From Stylophora pistillata (lineage: Eukaryota): a stretch of 63,709 bases of DNA. Positions 49,876-62,400 of the stretch are shown piece by piece (position 1 is the first letter of the stretch; each line of letters opens with the position of its first letter). The notes beneath the pieces are model-generated. The model had not been told where the DNA came from. It made no database searches and was given only the letters and a program-made list of their open reading frames with translations. A program made the position numbers and the translations under genes. The DNA is taken from assembly GCF_002571385.2 (NCBI RefSeq), contig NW_019218072.1:324290-387998 (forward strand), given 5' to 3'.

Positions 49876-52800
49876 CTGATATTTCCCGTAGCCTTCGAAC
49901 TATGAAAGATAATTGAAAATGAACAGAATAAGACTGCCGCTGAGACAAAAAATCTCTACAGCAAATTTTGTAGCTTTTGGCAAGTTTCTGGCGATGCAAT
50001 TATCATAGCATTTTGTTTTCGGCAACTGTTCCTTAACCAAACTGTTTCTACATCAAACATTACTGCGTTTTAGGTAGAAATATGGGGCCATTACTAAGTT
50101 ATGTAATATACTTCAGTCACTTAACTTGCAGATTAACTCTGCTAGTTTTTCTAGACTATAAAGAGAAACGAAAACATGTTGTACAACATAATGAGATTTT
50201 GCACCTGCGATTATATTCTCCAGCGCGTATGTATTTCTGGGACAAGGCTCTTGGTCTCCTGATGAATTAAAGAAATTCTTCGTAGAGTTAAGCATAAAAA
50301 TACTCCTAACCAAGAATAGGAAAAGCATTGCTGACCACAAAATGCAGTAGCAGGTGGTCAAATGTCAACTAAACCATACATTGATGCTTTTGTTCAAAGT
50401 GATATCTTAGTTTAGTGAAACTTAGAAACAGAAAGATCCAAACTGATGGGGATCAAACGGTCCTCTACATTGCATGAAACACTCTATCATGCAAAATGTA
50501 AAAGATAGGTATGAAAAAAAATCACTTTCTCCAGCACTTTTGAGATGATGAACTGTATTCGTACTGGTTTTATCACGATTTAAACGTATGTGACGGCATA
50601 CATGCAAGGTAGTGCATATGAAGGACGTTTGGAATGTATTTTGTAACAACATCACGATTCCTTCCGCTGCTCGAACCTTCTTGCTGATGTTCGACCAAAC
50701 TGATTGTGAGATACGCTAAATGAAAACAAGGGTCAGTTTGGTGTGCTAAATTCCCAAAAGTATTCTTGCTTGTTTAGGTTAGGTAATAACGAGGAAGGAC
50801 CCAGTACATTTATGGATGTTATAAACACAGTTAATTCAATCTAGATTGCGCAGTTAAGGCAAAAAAAAAAAAAATACGTATAGCGTTGGAATGTTATTCA
50901 TTTCAGTTATGAAGCAGATAGACATTTTATGTGACCACATGGGAACGCCTGAAAAGTAGCGTTGTCATTCAGGACGATACATAAATAGCGAAATTCACTA
51001 AAATTAAATCCAAAAAAAAAAAAAATTAAATAAAAAACCAATATAACGGAATTGGATCAGAAAGATTTGCTCTGCTGCCATGCCAGCGGGATGTCTGTCA
51101 AATTTCAAACTCTTGCTGCCTTTTTTCTTTAAGTTGTGAAAATGTGGTCTCCCTGAAAAGATGTTATTGGTAACCTTAGCCTGTCGCCTCTATGTATCAT
51201 TATTTGTTTACGTCTATCACTACGGAAATCTCTTGTAGAGGGTCTGTTTGATCTATTGTATACATCACTATTTCATGTGCAAGGTGGTCTTAATTATCAT
51301 TTTTGCATGGATATGTTCGGGGGTCCGTCTTACAGGTGGAAATTTCAGCAGAGATTTCATTTGCTTGGCAGTCTTGTCCTTTTCTACTCGTACCAACTTA
51401 AATCTTGGATATTAATCTTTTAAAGAAGTTAAAACCGAAGAAAACGAGGCCCTTTGTCAGGAAACGTGACAGCGGGCAGAACTTACTAGAACACCTTCCA
51501 TGGCTTGGAAGCTCGTTTGTTTGTGTTATGTAAAGCTCCAAACGTTTGTATCATTCATCGTCAATTGCTTCCGATGTCGTCTATAAATAAATTCTGTCCT
51601 GCCGCTGCTCTATACAATTGGAAGCATCTGGTACAAAGAAGAGATATCATTTGTATTCCACTGACAGGCACGTTCTCGCTTCTTAAAATAGCGAGAGGCG
51701 ATCAACATATATCATTAAGGTAAATGTTTAGTTTTCAATTACAATCGTAAAGATACCTAGCTAATTACAATAAGCTAATAGGATCACATGTTTTCAATAC
51801 GTCTGCGATGAATCAGCCACTTCCAAACAAATCCTGATGATTCTTGAAAGTAAAAGGAAAGATAATGTGACAATTGCGACTTCAGATTGTTGCTTTCTTT
51901 ATATTCTTACAGGCCAATTCTCAGCTAAAATGCCTGGAATATTGTAGCTCCCCCCCCCCCCGAAAAAAAAAAGGAACGAAAAGGCGCCCATTTTCCGCCA
52001 TTGTAGGGCGTATAAAAGGACGCCGATAAATCTTAGGGCGTCACTCTCGTCTAGGACTAATCCTTCTCAATGCTGATGCTAAAATCGTCTTAATTTAATC
52101 TCTTGATTGATTCCCCTGCCTTCTGATCTGAAAATTTCATCGCAGATTAAATAGTCTTACACGGTTTCGTCCATTGGCGCAATTTATATCGAAATCTCGG
52201 TTAATGGAAAAAGAGCTGTGATTGAGAAGACGTCAGGAAGTCACAACTTATTACGCCAAAATTTCTATATGCACAGACGATAAGTTATGTTGGTAAATCA
52301 AAAACAGAATAAACGAAGAACTGAATACAAAGAAAAACAAGTGAAGTATTTGTGGCCAAAAGCACCAGAGCCCGAATAAATCTTCTTTACAAATCTAAAC
52401 GTAAGTATTTACTAAAAACATAATGCACAATGAATAAAAATCTTCCGTTATTGAATACAAAACTGGAAACATGGCAAATTTTCCTTTGAAAACTTGAAAG
52501 CGAAATATTAATAATAAGGATTAACAAGGGTAAGGCACAGTACAAAAAATTCTGCTAAAAAAGCGATTTTCCCATGTTCTTCCTTTACTTTCATCCGTTA
52601 CAGGTTTCGAAGGTCAAAAGAGACTTCTGAGTATTGTCTTTCCCGTTTGAACCGATTACAGTGCAGTCCGTGAAAAGACCTCAGTTGCTGTGGATATTTT
52701 CGGAATTTTGTGTGTGTTCTGTGGTGCGACAAAGTCAATTTTTGTGAACCGCAAAGGAAATGAACTCAATGTTTCAATAACAAAAATTTGTTATCGCAGA

Positions 52801-55649
52801 CGGGCGTGGAGTCTGTGTGAAGAGTGTCAGAGTATGTTGGTTCTGGTATTTTCAGATAAAGACCATGGCCCTTGTCTTAACCCTACATTGAGGTCAGAAG
52901 TGTTACAGGTGATAGAAACGGTTCCGAGTGACAGGAACTGCATGGCTTCTTGTCTGATTCTGCCCTGTTCCAAATGTTACACAAATGCATCCGCATCTTT
53001 TTGGCACCATTACAAAGGTAAACGCAAAATCAAATTTCCCGACCAACATGTTTGGCGCCACATGTTTCATACATAATCGCCAGGTAAAGAAAACCTTAAA
53101 CGACCTCTCAAGTTAATAAATCAGGATTCTCGACTAAACTCTGCTAATCGAAAGTTTCTTAGATCGAATATCTCATCTCGGCCGGCAGTTTGATAATCTC
53201 AAACTTTCGTCTGATTGGTGGATGAAAGGCTCTCGGTTCCCGAGTGCTGGGATCTCAGATTGTGATGAATTTCATGTCAAAGATTTAGGTGTTTTATTTA
53301 GCATAAGAATTTATCAGCTATAAACAAACAAAAAAAAAAAAAAAAGGAAAGGAAAGGAAAGGAAAGTCATGTGCGCATGCGTGAAATCGAATTCAGGGCT
53401 TTTGTATATCATCAAGCCGCAGTTGGTTATAAATTTTATAATACTTTGTAATAGCCGAGATAAAAACAAAATTCGATGGTTTTATGAACAAACTTCTGGT
53501 TGAAAGTTCCTAATCTCTTGATATGTCAATCGATGAGACGCTCTGGGGATGTTGTTTGTCCTCTGCGAAACTTCATTTCGAAAGGTTCGCCGGGAAATCC
53601 CCCTTTCTTAGAATTAAACCTATAGTGTTTAAGGCTTCACTTAATAACAAAAACCAAGGAGTAATTAATTATTTAGAAGAATAAGGGTTGTTACAGAGGA
53701 AAAGATATGACATAGTAGCCAAATGGTGTGCTACAGATTCGTGAATTTTAATCAGTGTTTTGCCTTTCAAATCACTTAAACGAAATCTTAAGACCTTGAT
53801 AGATTTTTCAAATCTTTATGTCACATTATTTTGCAAGATGAAGTCAACCTAAAAGCAGTGGAAGTAGCCGGAAAAACTAAGCTTTTCCGGTCAGATTTGC
53901 TAAAACGTCCTGCTTAATTATATACTTAGGGTAAAATTTTAACATTTGGAAACATTTGTGATTTTATTGCCAAGTCAATGTCCATTTTTAGTTCTAATTT
54001 TATTTAAAACGGCGTTAAGCAAGGATTGATCTCTGGCGCTAAATAACGCATGACAAGATTTACTGTCTGAACTATATCCTCACTTGGTTTTAACTTAAGA
54101 AAATTTGAAATTAGTTGTAAATCATTTCGACAGCGCCATACATTTTTTTAGATGAAAATCCATAAAGAAATTAAAAGCAGGCTGTTAGGAGCTTCTTCTT
54201 CAACTCGTTCCTCCAAAAGAAAAAAAAGAAAAGAAGAGAAAATCTCTTTCCTTACAGTGATCGCTGAATTTGATCAAAATGTAATCACATCAGGTTAGTG
54301 TGACGGTGAGGTATTGACAAGTTCTTAGTTAAAAGACCTAAACCTTACATGCGTAAATAAGCAACATTAAACATAAATTTTCTCTTTCAAAGAGAACACC
54401 GAGCAGTATGCAGAAAACGTCGCAATCCACATCTCAAGTGACCAAATTGTGAGACAAGCGATCACATTTTCTCTTTTAATAAGTGTTATTTAACGCGATG
54501 AATAACCACAACCTTTTTTTACAATAATTTTCTCTTCATACATATGCTGCGATCTATTTATGTGACTTTTTTTGGCAAAAGGTGAGAAGAAGAGTTATAG
54601 AATAGGAAGGGAAGGCTTTTATTTACTTGATCAATTTTTTATACTTGACAGGATGAATATTTTCAGTGTTGATGTTGTGTGTGGCAAATATTGATGTTGT
54701 TATTAAAGCACCGGATGGCTCCACTTGGCTCTCTCGAAGTAAATGCGAACAATATTTTCCTTCTTTTGTTTAAAATCGCTAAAAATTGTTAAAAAAAAGC
54801 ATTTAAAATGTGCCTTTGGGCTGGATTGTTCTTTCGACTAATTAAAACAAAATATTTTCATGGTTAATGGATAAAATCGAGCGAACTATGTAATTATGAG
54901 GAGCTAAGCGCACAAGCTTATTGTTATCATTTTTTGACAAAATTGTAGTTAATTCTTTGACATCAGGAAACCTGTAAGCCTTTGAGGATATTCTCTTATC
55001 TTAGAAGTGTCCGTAAAACATCTTTAAAAAGTTAATTATGAATACAATCTTTTATCGTCAAGTGACAGTCATTTATCTGTCAGAAACAGACTGATTTAAA
55101 AAGAGTTTGAGGTTTTGAAGAGTATTTTGTTAGCATTAGAAACTCACAGCGAACTTCGAAAGGCAATACATGCAACGAAAAGGGGTGTCACTTTCTGAGG
55201 TACAAATTGTGGTTCTTTCTTCATCGTTGATGTTATTGTATTTGTTTCTGTTTTCTGTTACGCTGTCGTTGTCTATGTTTTCGTTTTCCTTTCGGCTGTG
55301 CTAACATTTGTTTCCTTTAGTTTTGATTTAAACTTGGCTCAATTCAACTTGGTATATTTGATCATTGAAATATTTGAATAGATTTACCGATTTACCCTGG
55401 CTCTCGGTCAAGGCAGTTATGAAAACGGGGTAATCGGTAGGGGTGTTAAAAATTGCCATTACATCATCTGAAATAGGGGTCACCATGAGATTTGATCCGC
55501 TTTAACAAAACTCTGCGCTTACTTTGCCGATGCGAGTATACGAGTAACATCATTTTGCAAAGTTTGTGTGGTTATTTGATCTAAATTAGCACACAACCTA
55601 ATATCTTATCAATATGCAGTTGATCATCTCTCCAATTTCTACCCCTTAC

Positions 55650-55799
55650 TACGCTTGCATACTAAAGTGCGAGTAGACCAACGATCAGAACTTGATTACT
55701 AATCGACACCGTGGTCGTGAAAAACTATAAAACCAGTTGAGACCTTAAATTTTTTTTGTATCAGAACATCGACACAAAAAATAATTAAGGTCTCATACA

Positions 55800-55831
<32 letters not shown>

Positions 55832-56750
55832 CTTTATTTAATCTCGAATTTGGAGTAGCTAAAGAATAAGCTGGTATCTTCGAGTTACAAGTATAATTTT
55901 AAATACTACTAAAATGTAAATGTAAAATGTAAAATTGTAACATTCTAAAATTTAACTATGAGAAAGAGTCATACTGTAGAATCTTGCGCTTGAAATCAGA
56001 AAAGTCAGACGTTCTAAAAGAGTCCGGAAGAGAGTTCCATAGTTTTGAAGCCATATATGAAAAGGAGTGAAGACCATAAGTAGTAGTTTTTGTAGACGGT
56101 AGAGACAAAATATAATTTCCGCGTAGATTATAGGATACAGACCGGAAACTAAACATATTCTTTAGATAGCCTGGATAGCAGTTAAAAAACAAGCTCTTGT
56201 ACAATATAATTAAGAAAGTCTGAAGGCGTCTTTTATACAGAGAATTGGAGTTAACTTTGCTAAGTAGAGAGTCATAGGGAGAATTATAATCCTGCAAGAT
56301 AACTCTAAGAATTTGCTTGTTTAAAGTATCTATCTTCTCAGTACTACGCGCACCACAAAAGTGCCATACAGACGAACAATAGTTAAAATGTGGCATAATA
56401 AAAGCCTTATACAATCTTAGTAGAGTATCTTTAGAGATAAGTTTACGAAATCTTAGCATTACATTGAACTGGCCATTTATCTTCTTACAAATAGTTGATA
56501 TATAATTATCAAAACGCAACCTATTGTCAATATTTATTCCAAATATATCCAAAGAATCTTTTAATGGAAAAGAGAAGGAGTGGCCTGTTTTTCCCAAGAC
56601 TATAGCCTGGTGTTTTCTCTCATTTACAATTTACAGTTTTTACTCATTTACAACCAGTCTCAACTGGTTTTATAGTTTTTCACGACCACGGTGTCGATTA
56701 GTGATCAAGTTTAGATCGTTGGTGAACTGGCAGTTTAGTATGCAAGCGTA
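55650..56750. mobile_element. Fold-back MITE (about 240 bp originally) carrying a LINE insertion
   Basis: tacgcttgcatactaaa...aaaaccagttgagacc at 55650-55744 is the reverse complement of 56657-56750. Confidence 0.88.
55796..56656 (-). mobile_element. 5'-truncated LINE (CR1/L2-like) with (TATG)n tail and 6-bp TSD
   Basis: ORF 55956-56597 (FGINIDNRLRF, PHFNYCSSVWHFC, KLWNSLP). TSD GTCTCA at 55790-55795 and 56657-56662. Confidence 0.92.
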
Positions 56751-56853
56751 AAATATGAATATTTGATGTTTGGTTCTGTCCTTTGACCTGTTTTTCTTCT
56801 TTTTTTGTTTTTTTGTTTTTTTTTTTAGGTGGTCCTTATCGTACCATATGCAA

Positions 56854-56940
56854 TATAAAGGAGCCTGAACACATATATTTACAGCAGACATTTGATGATT
56901 GAAAAAGCACCAACTGGTACACCATTGATACTGCTGCGAG
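56854..56940 (+). promoter_or_regulatory. TATA box and non-coding first exon of prepropeptide C
   Basis: TATAAAG 56854-56860, donor GAG|GTAAGC at 56940, and acceptors at 57184/57195 just before ATG 57210. Confidence 0.6.
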
Positions 56941-57209
56941 GTAAGCAGCTCGTTTACGCATGAGCCCTTTACTTGCATTGATTTACTTATAATTGTTTTG
57001 GAGTGTAAAGGGTTAATGTTCTGTTATTTGTCTCCCACATGTGCGCGACATGTGTTTATCATAGTTAGAGAGAGTGTCACCGGCCAGATTAGACATTACA
57101 AACACACATTTTAGCCTCAAGTAAAAAATTTCCTTGACCATGATTTGCTGAATTTGCATTCTTTTTTTATCTTTTCTATGTTAGGATAGGTACAGGTTAT
57201 ACATACAAA

Positions 57210-58203
57210 ATGATCATGGCACGGCGAGAATTAGCAGTTTTTTTATTGTCCCTGGTAACACTTGCTGTCTGTGCGTTACCCGAACACTCACGCATTCCAA
57301 GGAAGAAAGGGATTGACCCACAGGTATCGTAATTACAACCTTGAAACCGTTGTTCCTCGATGCATAGAGAGGTTCTGGCGAATTGTGAATTCTGTTTGTT
57401 TTGTTAGCACGATCGCCCTTCCCCTTTATTTCATAGCTGTTTGTAATCAGTGAAAACCATAATACACGTCATTTTAACAGTAGTATACCTCATTATTTTT
57501 GTTAGCGATTGATACAGTAAACCATTTAAAATTCAAATCTATATGGATCATAAATAATTTGATTGCGCACACAAAAAAAATAGTTTTGTTAAAATGGACG
57601 TTTACTAACGTGAAAGGCGTATATGAGGTGGACACTTATATCACACATACAGCAAAGGTGTGAGAAATTTTTGTGCTTTCTTTTATGTTTATTTACGAAT
57701 GTTCAACCTTTATGGTTAATTACAGAGCTACATACAGTCGGGTCTCGGAAATTGGATAATTTTGTCAAGGTTCAAGTGCTCAGTAAACATCAGGCACAAA
57801 AAATTACCAAGGACTCAAGCTCTTACCTTTTTTTCTTGCCTTTTTTTCTTTTTGTTTATTCCGTTTCATTTTGTTTTAATTATTTAATGATTGGTTTTCA
57901 AGCGTGCTCATCTTGTTTGTTACGTTTGCAATTCTTTGCCATTTCATTGATTGATTCGTCGAATTATCTACATATTACGCATAGAATGCCAGGAGGGAGA
58001 CTATATCGGCCAAAAAGTTTCAAGATGCAATTCCAAGTACGTTACATGTCTCTAAACTCGAAACGAGCCCGGCAAAAGCATCTTCTACAGATAAAGGACG
58101 ATTTCTGGGTGGAAACAAACGATCAGCACGGCGATGTCTTTCTGGGCACGTATATTTGTGTTTTCCGAAAAAAACGTCGGGCAGACGGCGAGAGTTTGCT
58201 TGA
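57210..58203 (+). CDS. Secreted prepropeptide C (110 aa); join(57210..57323,57985..58203)
   Basis: Signal peptide MARRELAVFLLSLVTLAVCA and a phase-0 GT-AG intron. Encodes KRSARR-CLSGHVYLCFPKKTS-GRRR, which includes an amidation signal. Confidence 0.75.
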
Positions 58204-58924
58204 CACTAGATGGCTGATTTCACAGAAGTTTATGAACAGGTATACCCTATAGAAAAGCAAGACAATTTAAGGCTCATAGAAGAGATTCCCCTTACATTCC
58301 TTATTCTAAAGAGCACCTTTCAGTACGTTCTAAAAGATATAATGATACATGTACCTATGGTGATATTTGGGTAGACCAATAAACGCCTTATGATATGTCA
58401 CGTTGTTCAAATCTGCCACATAGGATTGGTCATAATGGCTGGGCTCCCTTAATAATTCTCAGAGCTTGATCCTCTCTAAACTTCAGTGGTCGCGTAGAAT
58501 ATTAGGAGAAGGACGAGAAAAGTTTGTATATCACGAGCCAGAGGCGAGCTGTGAAAGTCATTAAGCTGTTAAACCAATAGAAAGTGTAGTCTGTTGTTTT
58601 AATGGTGGGGGAAGATTTTCGGACTTGGAAAATACCCAGAGGGCCAAGTGGTATTTTATGGCTTAGAAGACAACTGATAGAATATGTGGGCGATAGTGTC
58701 AAAGCATGGGAAAGCTTCCATAAATGAGTTCTTTTCTTTTTCTGACAGATGAAGCGCTTGACGAAAAGACCTGACTTTCAAACAGGAAGCCAGTACAGTA
58801 ACTCAACAAGAGACTTTGATTGCTTTTAGCACTGTAAAACAAACAGTTTAATAAAGAAAGAAAAAGAAAGTTCTCTGTGACTATGAAACCTTGGACTCTA
58901 TGATCGAAAACAAAAACAAAAACA

Positions 58925-59308
58925 AATCAATCAATGAATCAATTTATTAATGTCAAAACGTAGGATGGGGTTGCCCCGGCCTTCCAAGCCAGAGACTCAT
59001 GTATAAAACGTATGACAGTAAAATACTAAGTTAAAAACGATACAATTAAGAAGTCAATTAAAATACAAGCACCCACATTAAGTTAATTTAGAAAGCTGCA
59101 CCCACCCGTGACCCAGTGAATTAATGACAAAAAAAAAGAACTAGGAAACTCTAGCAAAACCCTAAGATATACAATAATTACATTTACAACTGGCTCTTAA
59201 GACCGGTTGATTAAAGGATTTTAAAAGCTTGCGAAATTCACTCAAATCGGTTGATCCTTTAAATATAAGAGGGAAGCTGATTCCACATATGCGAAGCCTA
59301 AACAAGCA
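58925..59308 (-). mobile_element. LINE 3' end fragment
   Basis: HMWNQLP / KGSTDLSEFRKLL...CKCNYC ORF2 C-terminus (frameshifted) and a (TTGA)n-like tail. Confidence 0.7.
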
Positions 59309-59623
59309 AAACAAAAACAAAAAAAAACAAGCTTGTGATATTTCTTTCTCAGAGTTCTGGTAACTGTGGGTGAAGAGCTCTCCCATAAGACCATGACACT
59401 CGGCTAAATTGAACTGTTTAATTTAAATTTCATCACAACTCTGAATCACATGACTCTCGTTGAACCTTTCGTAATCTTAGGACTTACGACGATAGCGTGC
59501 TTAAATTAAACATACAGTAAGTCTAAAAAAATTGAGGCAAGTTAGCCTCTTAATGCCAAGGTTGGACCTTATTCGGAACAGTAAAAAGCAAGAGAATATC
59601 AACGGTAAAATATCTGATTGGTA

Positions 59624-59645
59624 ANNNNNNNNNNNNNNNNNNNNN
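59624..59645. other. Assembly gap
   Basis: Run of N. Confidence 0.99.
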
Positions 59646-60361
59646 ATTTTGCTCTTGTCGCTTGTTTTTCTCGTTGCTATGTTCCCGCCAATAACGTAGC
59701 TCCATTTTCTGCCTTTGAAAGCACACACAACCCACAATTCGTCTATTCGCTCCGACGAAGGGCTAACGCTCGAAACGTCAGCTTTTGTAATCGTTACGGT
59801 TGCCAATTTACCATTTCAACTTTGTTGATTTATCCAAATTATTTCGTTACTCCCACCGACGCAGCCCCAAACAGTTTCTTTGGAAACTATCAGCCTTTAT
59901 TCTGAATATTTAATTGAATGTGAAACGCGGAGTTCTCACGAACGAAATGCTTCGAATATTGTTCATTCGCATTTAACACGTAACCTTTCTATCACAAGTT
60001 AAAACTAATGCTCGAGTATCCACCTGCTAGAGTCTATTTTCGGTTCCTTTCTTCTTATAGTAGTTCTATAGATACAAAGGCTGTATTATTGACTCAAAAA
60101 CAAGCTGTATTGACATTATGATTAAAACAATGCGATTTCCTTTGCTAGTCTTTTCTCGAATCCATTACCTTTCTGCAATGTTATGACCATAGTTTCATGT
60201 TACAAATTAAGAAAAAAAAATGAAAAATTAGAAAGTATTACAAGCATAGTAAAAAGGCATGATATTACAGTTTTGAAAAAGAACTGCCACCTTGAATAAT
60301 AATGGTTCCAGATCATTATTAAATTATATTCGCCTTTGCCATTTTATGAGATTGCGTAGTT

Positions 60362-61255
60362 TCAAATATTAATAATAGAGTGCATCTGTCTTTTTAGCTC
60401 CTTCCTGATGTCTCTTTTAAAGATTGCGTACGATAAAGGGTTTACAGCGGAGTTTACAACTAAGATAGGTAGTTTATAGACGGCGTCTTCGCATGAGTTA
60501 TGATGATTGATGATTAAAATGAAACTGCATCGCGCAAATATTATGTAACACAACAGAAACAAAGCTACAACGACTGCCATCATTTTTACTGTCGACTTCC
60601 CCTGAGTCTTTATGAAAACTTCGTGGTTAAAATGTAATTGTTTGGCTAAGATTCGAGCAGCTCGCTCGTGTTTGTAAACGATCCGAAACATGGATACAAA
60701 GCAGAAGATTAAAATAATGCACAAAGGTATGTCAAAACACGCATACAACCAGCCACTGATCTTATAAAGCAGAGAGGTATTCAGCGTAAAGCGAAGCGAT
60801 GCTACAAGTGTTATCACCGTGAGAGGTATTCCCCACGCTAAAGAAATTATACGAATGACCCGACGGCGTGTCATGAAAGTTAGATATTTCAAAGGTTTCG
60901 TAACAGCGATGTAGCGATCCAACATTAGACAACACAAGTTTGCGCCAGATGCATACTGAAATAACACCCTTATAAACATCACTGAAAGATAGCTGATTGA
61001 GGTTGTTGGCCGATTTTTGCACCCATTAGCCAAGATACAGAAGAACTGTAATGGAATAGCACTTATCCCTACGCAGAAATCAGCAACAGCCAAGGAAGCG
61101 ATAAAAGCGTTGGTTTCGGTGCGAAGCTGTCGTCGTCCGCAAACCAAAAGGATGACTAATCCATTTCCTATCATGGTCAAGACGGACAGGAACCATCCGA
61201 AAATCCAAAACAACACGTTTTCCATTTTTTTATCTGAGCTATCGAAGTCTTTCAT
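60362..61255 (-). CDS. Intronless class A (rhodopsin-like) orphan GPCR, amine-receptor-like type
   Basis: GNGLV, SLAVAD, LDRY, LCY and NPLSY motifs with 7 TM segments. First in-frame ATG at 61255. Confidence 0.92.
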   Translation of the reverse strand: MKDFDSSDKKMENVLFWIFGWFLSVLTMIGNGLVILLVCGRRQLRTETNAFIASLAVADFCVGISAIPLQFFCILANGCKNRPTTSISYLSVMFIRVLFQYASGANLCCLMLDRYIAVTKPLKYLTFMTRRRVIRIISLAWGIPLTVITLVASLRFTLNTSLLYKISGWLYACFDIPLCIILIFCFVSMFRIVYKHERAARILAKQLHFNHEVFIKTQGKSTVKMMAVVVALFLLCYIIFARCSFILIINHHNSCEDAVYKLPILVVNSAVNPLSYAIFKRDIRKELKRQMHSIINI

Positions 61256-62400
61256 CAATGGACTCAACAATTCCACGCTTTTTTGTACTTTTTGGCAATT
61301 TTTTTGTGGTCATGTTGATCACAAGGGAGTCTTGTTCACGACAGAGGAACCAAATCTGACTTTGAATATTTAAACTGCAATATTTAAAATGTTGTTGTGA
61401 TCTCAATTAGTTCTTGCGTATTATTGTCATGTAAAATAGTCTTTATTAAGAGCTGTCGACTCTAAACTTATTCACTGTTCCCTTGAAGAGTTTACTAAGT
61501 GTACTATATTTAATTTAACTTGTAAGAATCTTGACATCTCAGACTAGAGATAATATTATAATTTCGCAATTTCAGTCGAGTTAATATATACAGCGGTGGC
61601 ACCTGTAGCTTTTTATTAGGTTTATTTATTCATTTATTTATTTTTTTATTTGAGGATTTGTACCAAATACAGGAGCAGGAAACAGTAGGACATGGGTCCC
61701 CTACGAGGTTTAAGCTCCAACAAACCCACCCACAGAAAAAAAAGAACAAACACACAAACGAACAAAGCACCATAGTGGACGGCACGAGAGAGATTTGGGT
61801 CGGACCTCAAGATGATCACACGAACCGACCCAAGTCTCTCTCTTGTTTTTCCACTCTACCGTCACACCACTATCGCGCTGAAATTGGAACAAGCTACGTC
61901 ACAGGAAGGAACAACATACCTTGCATTGCGATTATCAGTCGTTTTACCGAAAAATTTCCCAAGAACCTAATCAGCAAAATTTTCATATTTGAAGCAGGTC
62001 TGCTCACTCAGCTGCGTGACTTCCTTAAGAAAAGCTGCAGACGTCATGGGAAGTTGAAGGAAGGTAACAGATCGAAATGACAACCTGACAGCTACATCAG
62101 CAGAATTTCGTGACTTCTTCCGTTTTAGCTCGTGATGGCGAAGGGCGTATGTTGGATTTCCGGTCAAATTTGTCAGATGTAGGGGGGGAGATTACCGCAC
62201 AAAATAATGGCGTTTGAGGGTATTAAGGTTTGTTTTGTCAGTCTAGTTCACCATAATTTCGTGATAGGCAGATGATCAGATGCTATCTACCTATCCCCCC
62301 TTTTTTACACCCTCGTGACTTTTAAACACTGATTTAAGAACATTTTGTCTTCTTATCGCTTAAACGGTTCAAGATTGGGAAAGTGAAACACCTCTTTATC

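Noticed and set aside
56829-56940. Coding exon with in-frame TGA (possible selenocysteine)
   Set aside because: Better explained as the TATA box plus 5'UTR exon of gene C. No SECIS or selenoprotein motif was seen.
57623-58252. 209-aa ORF
   Set aside because: Mostly intronic low-complexity sequence. The real exon appears to be in another frame (57985-58203).
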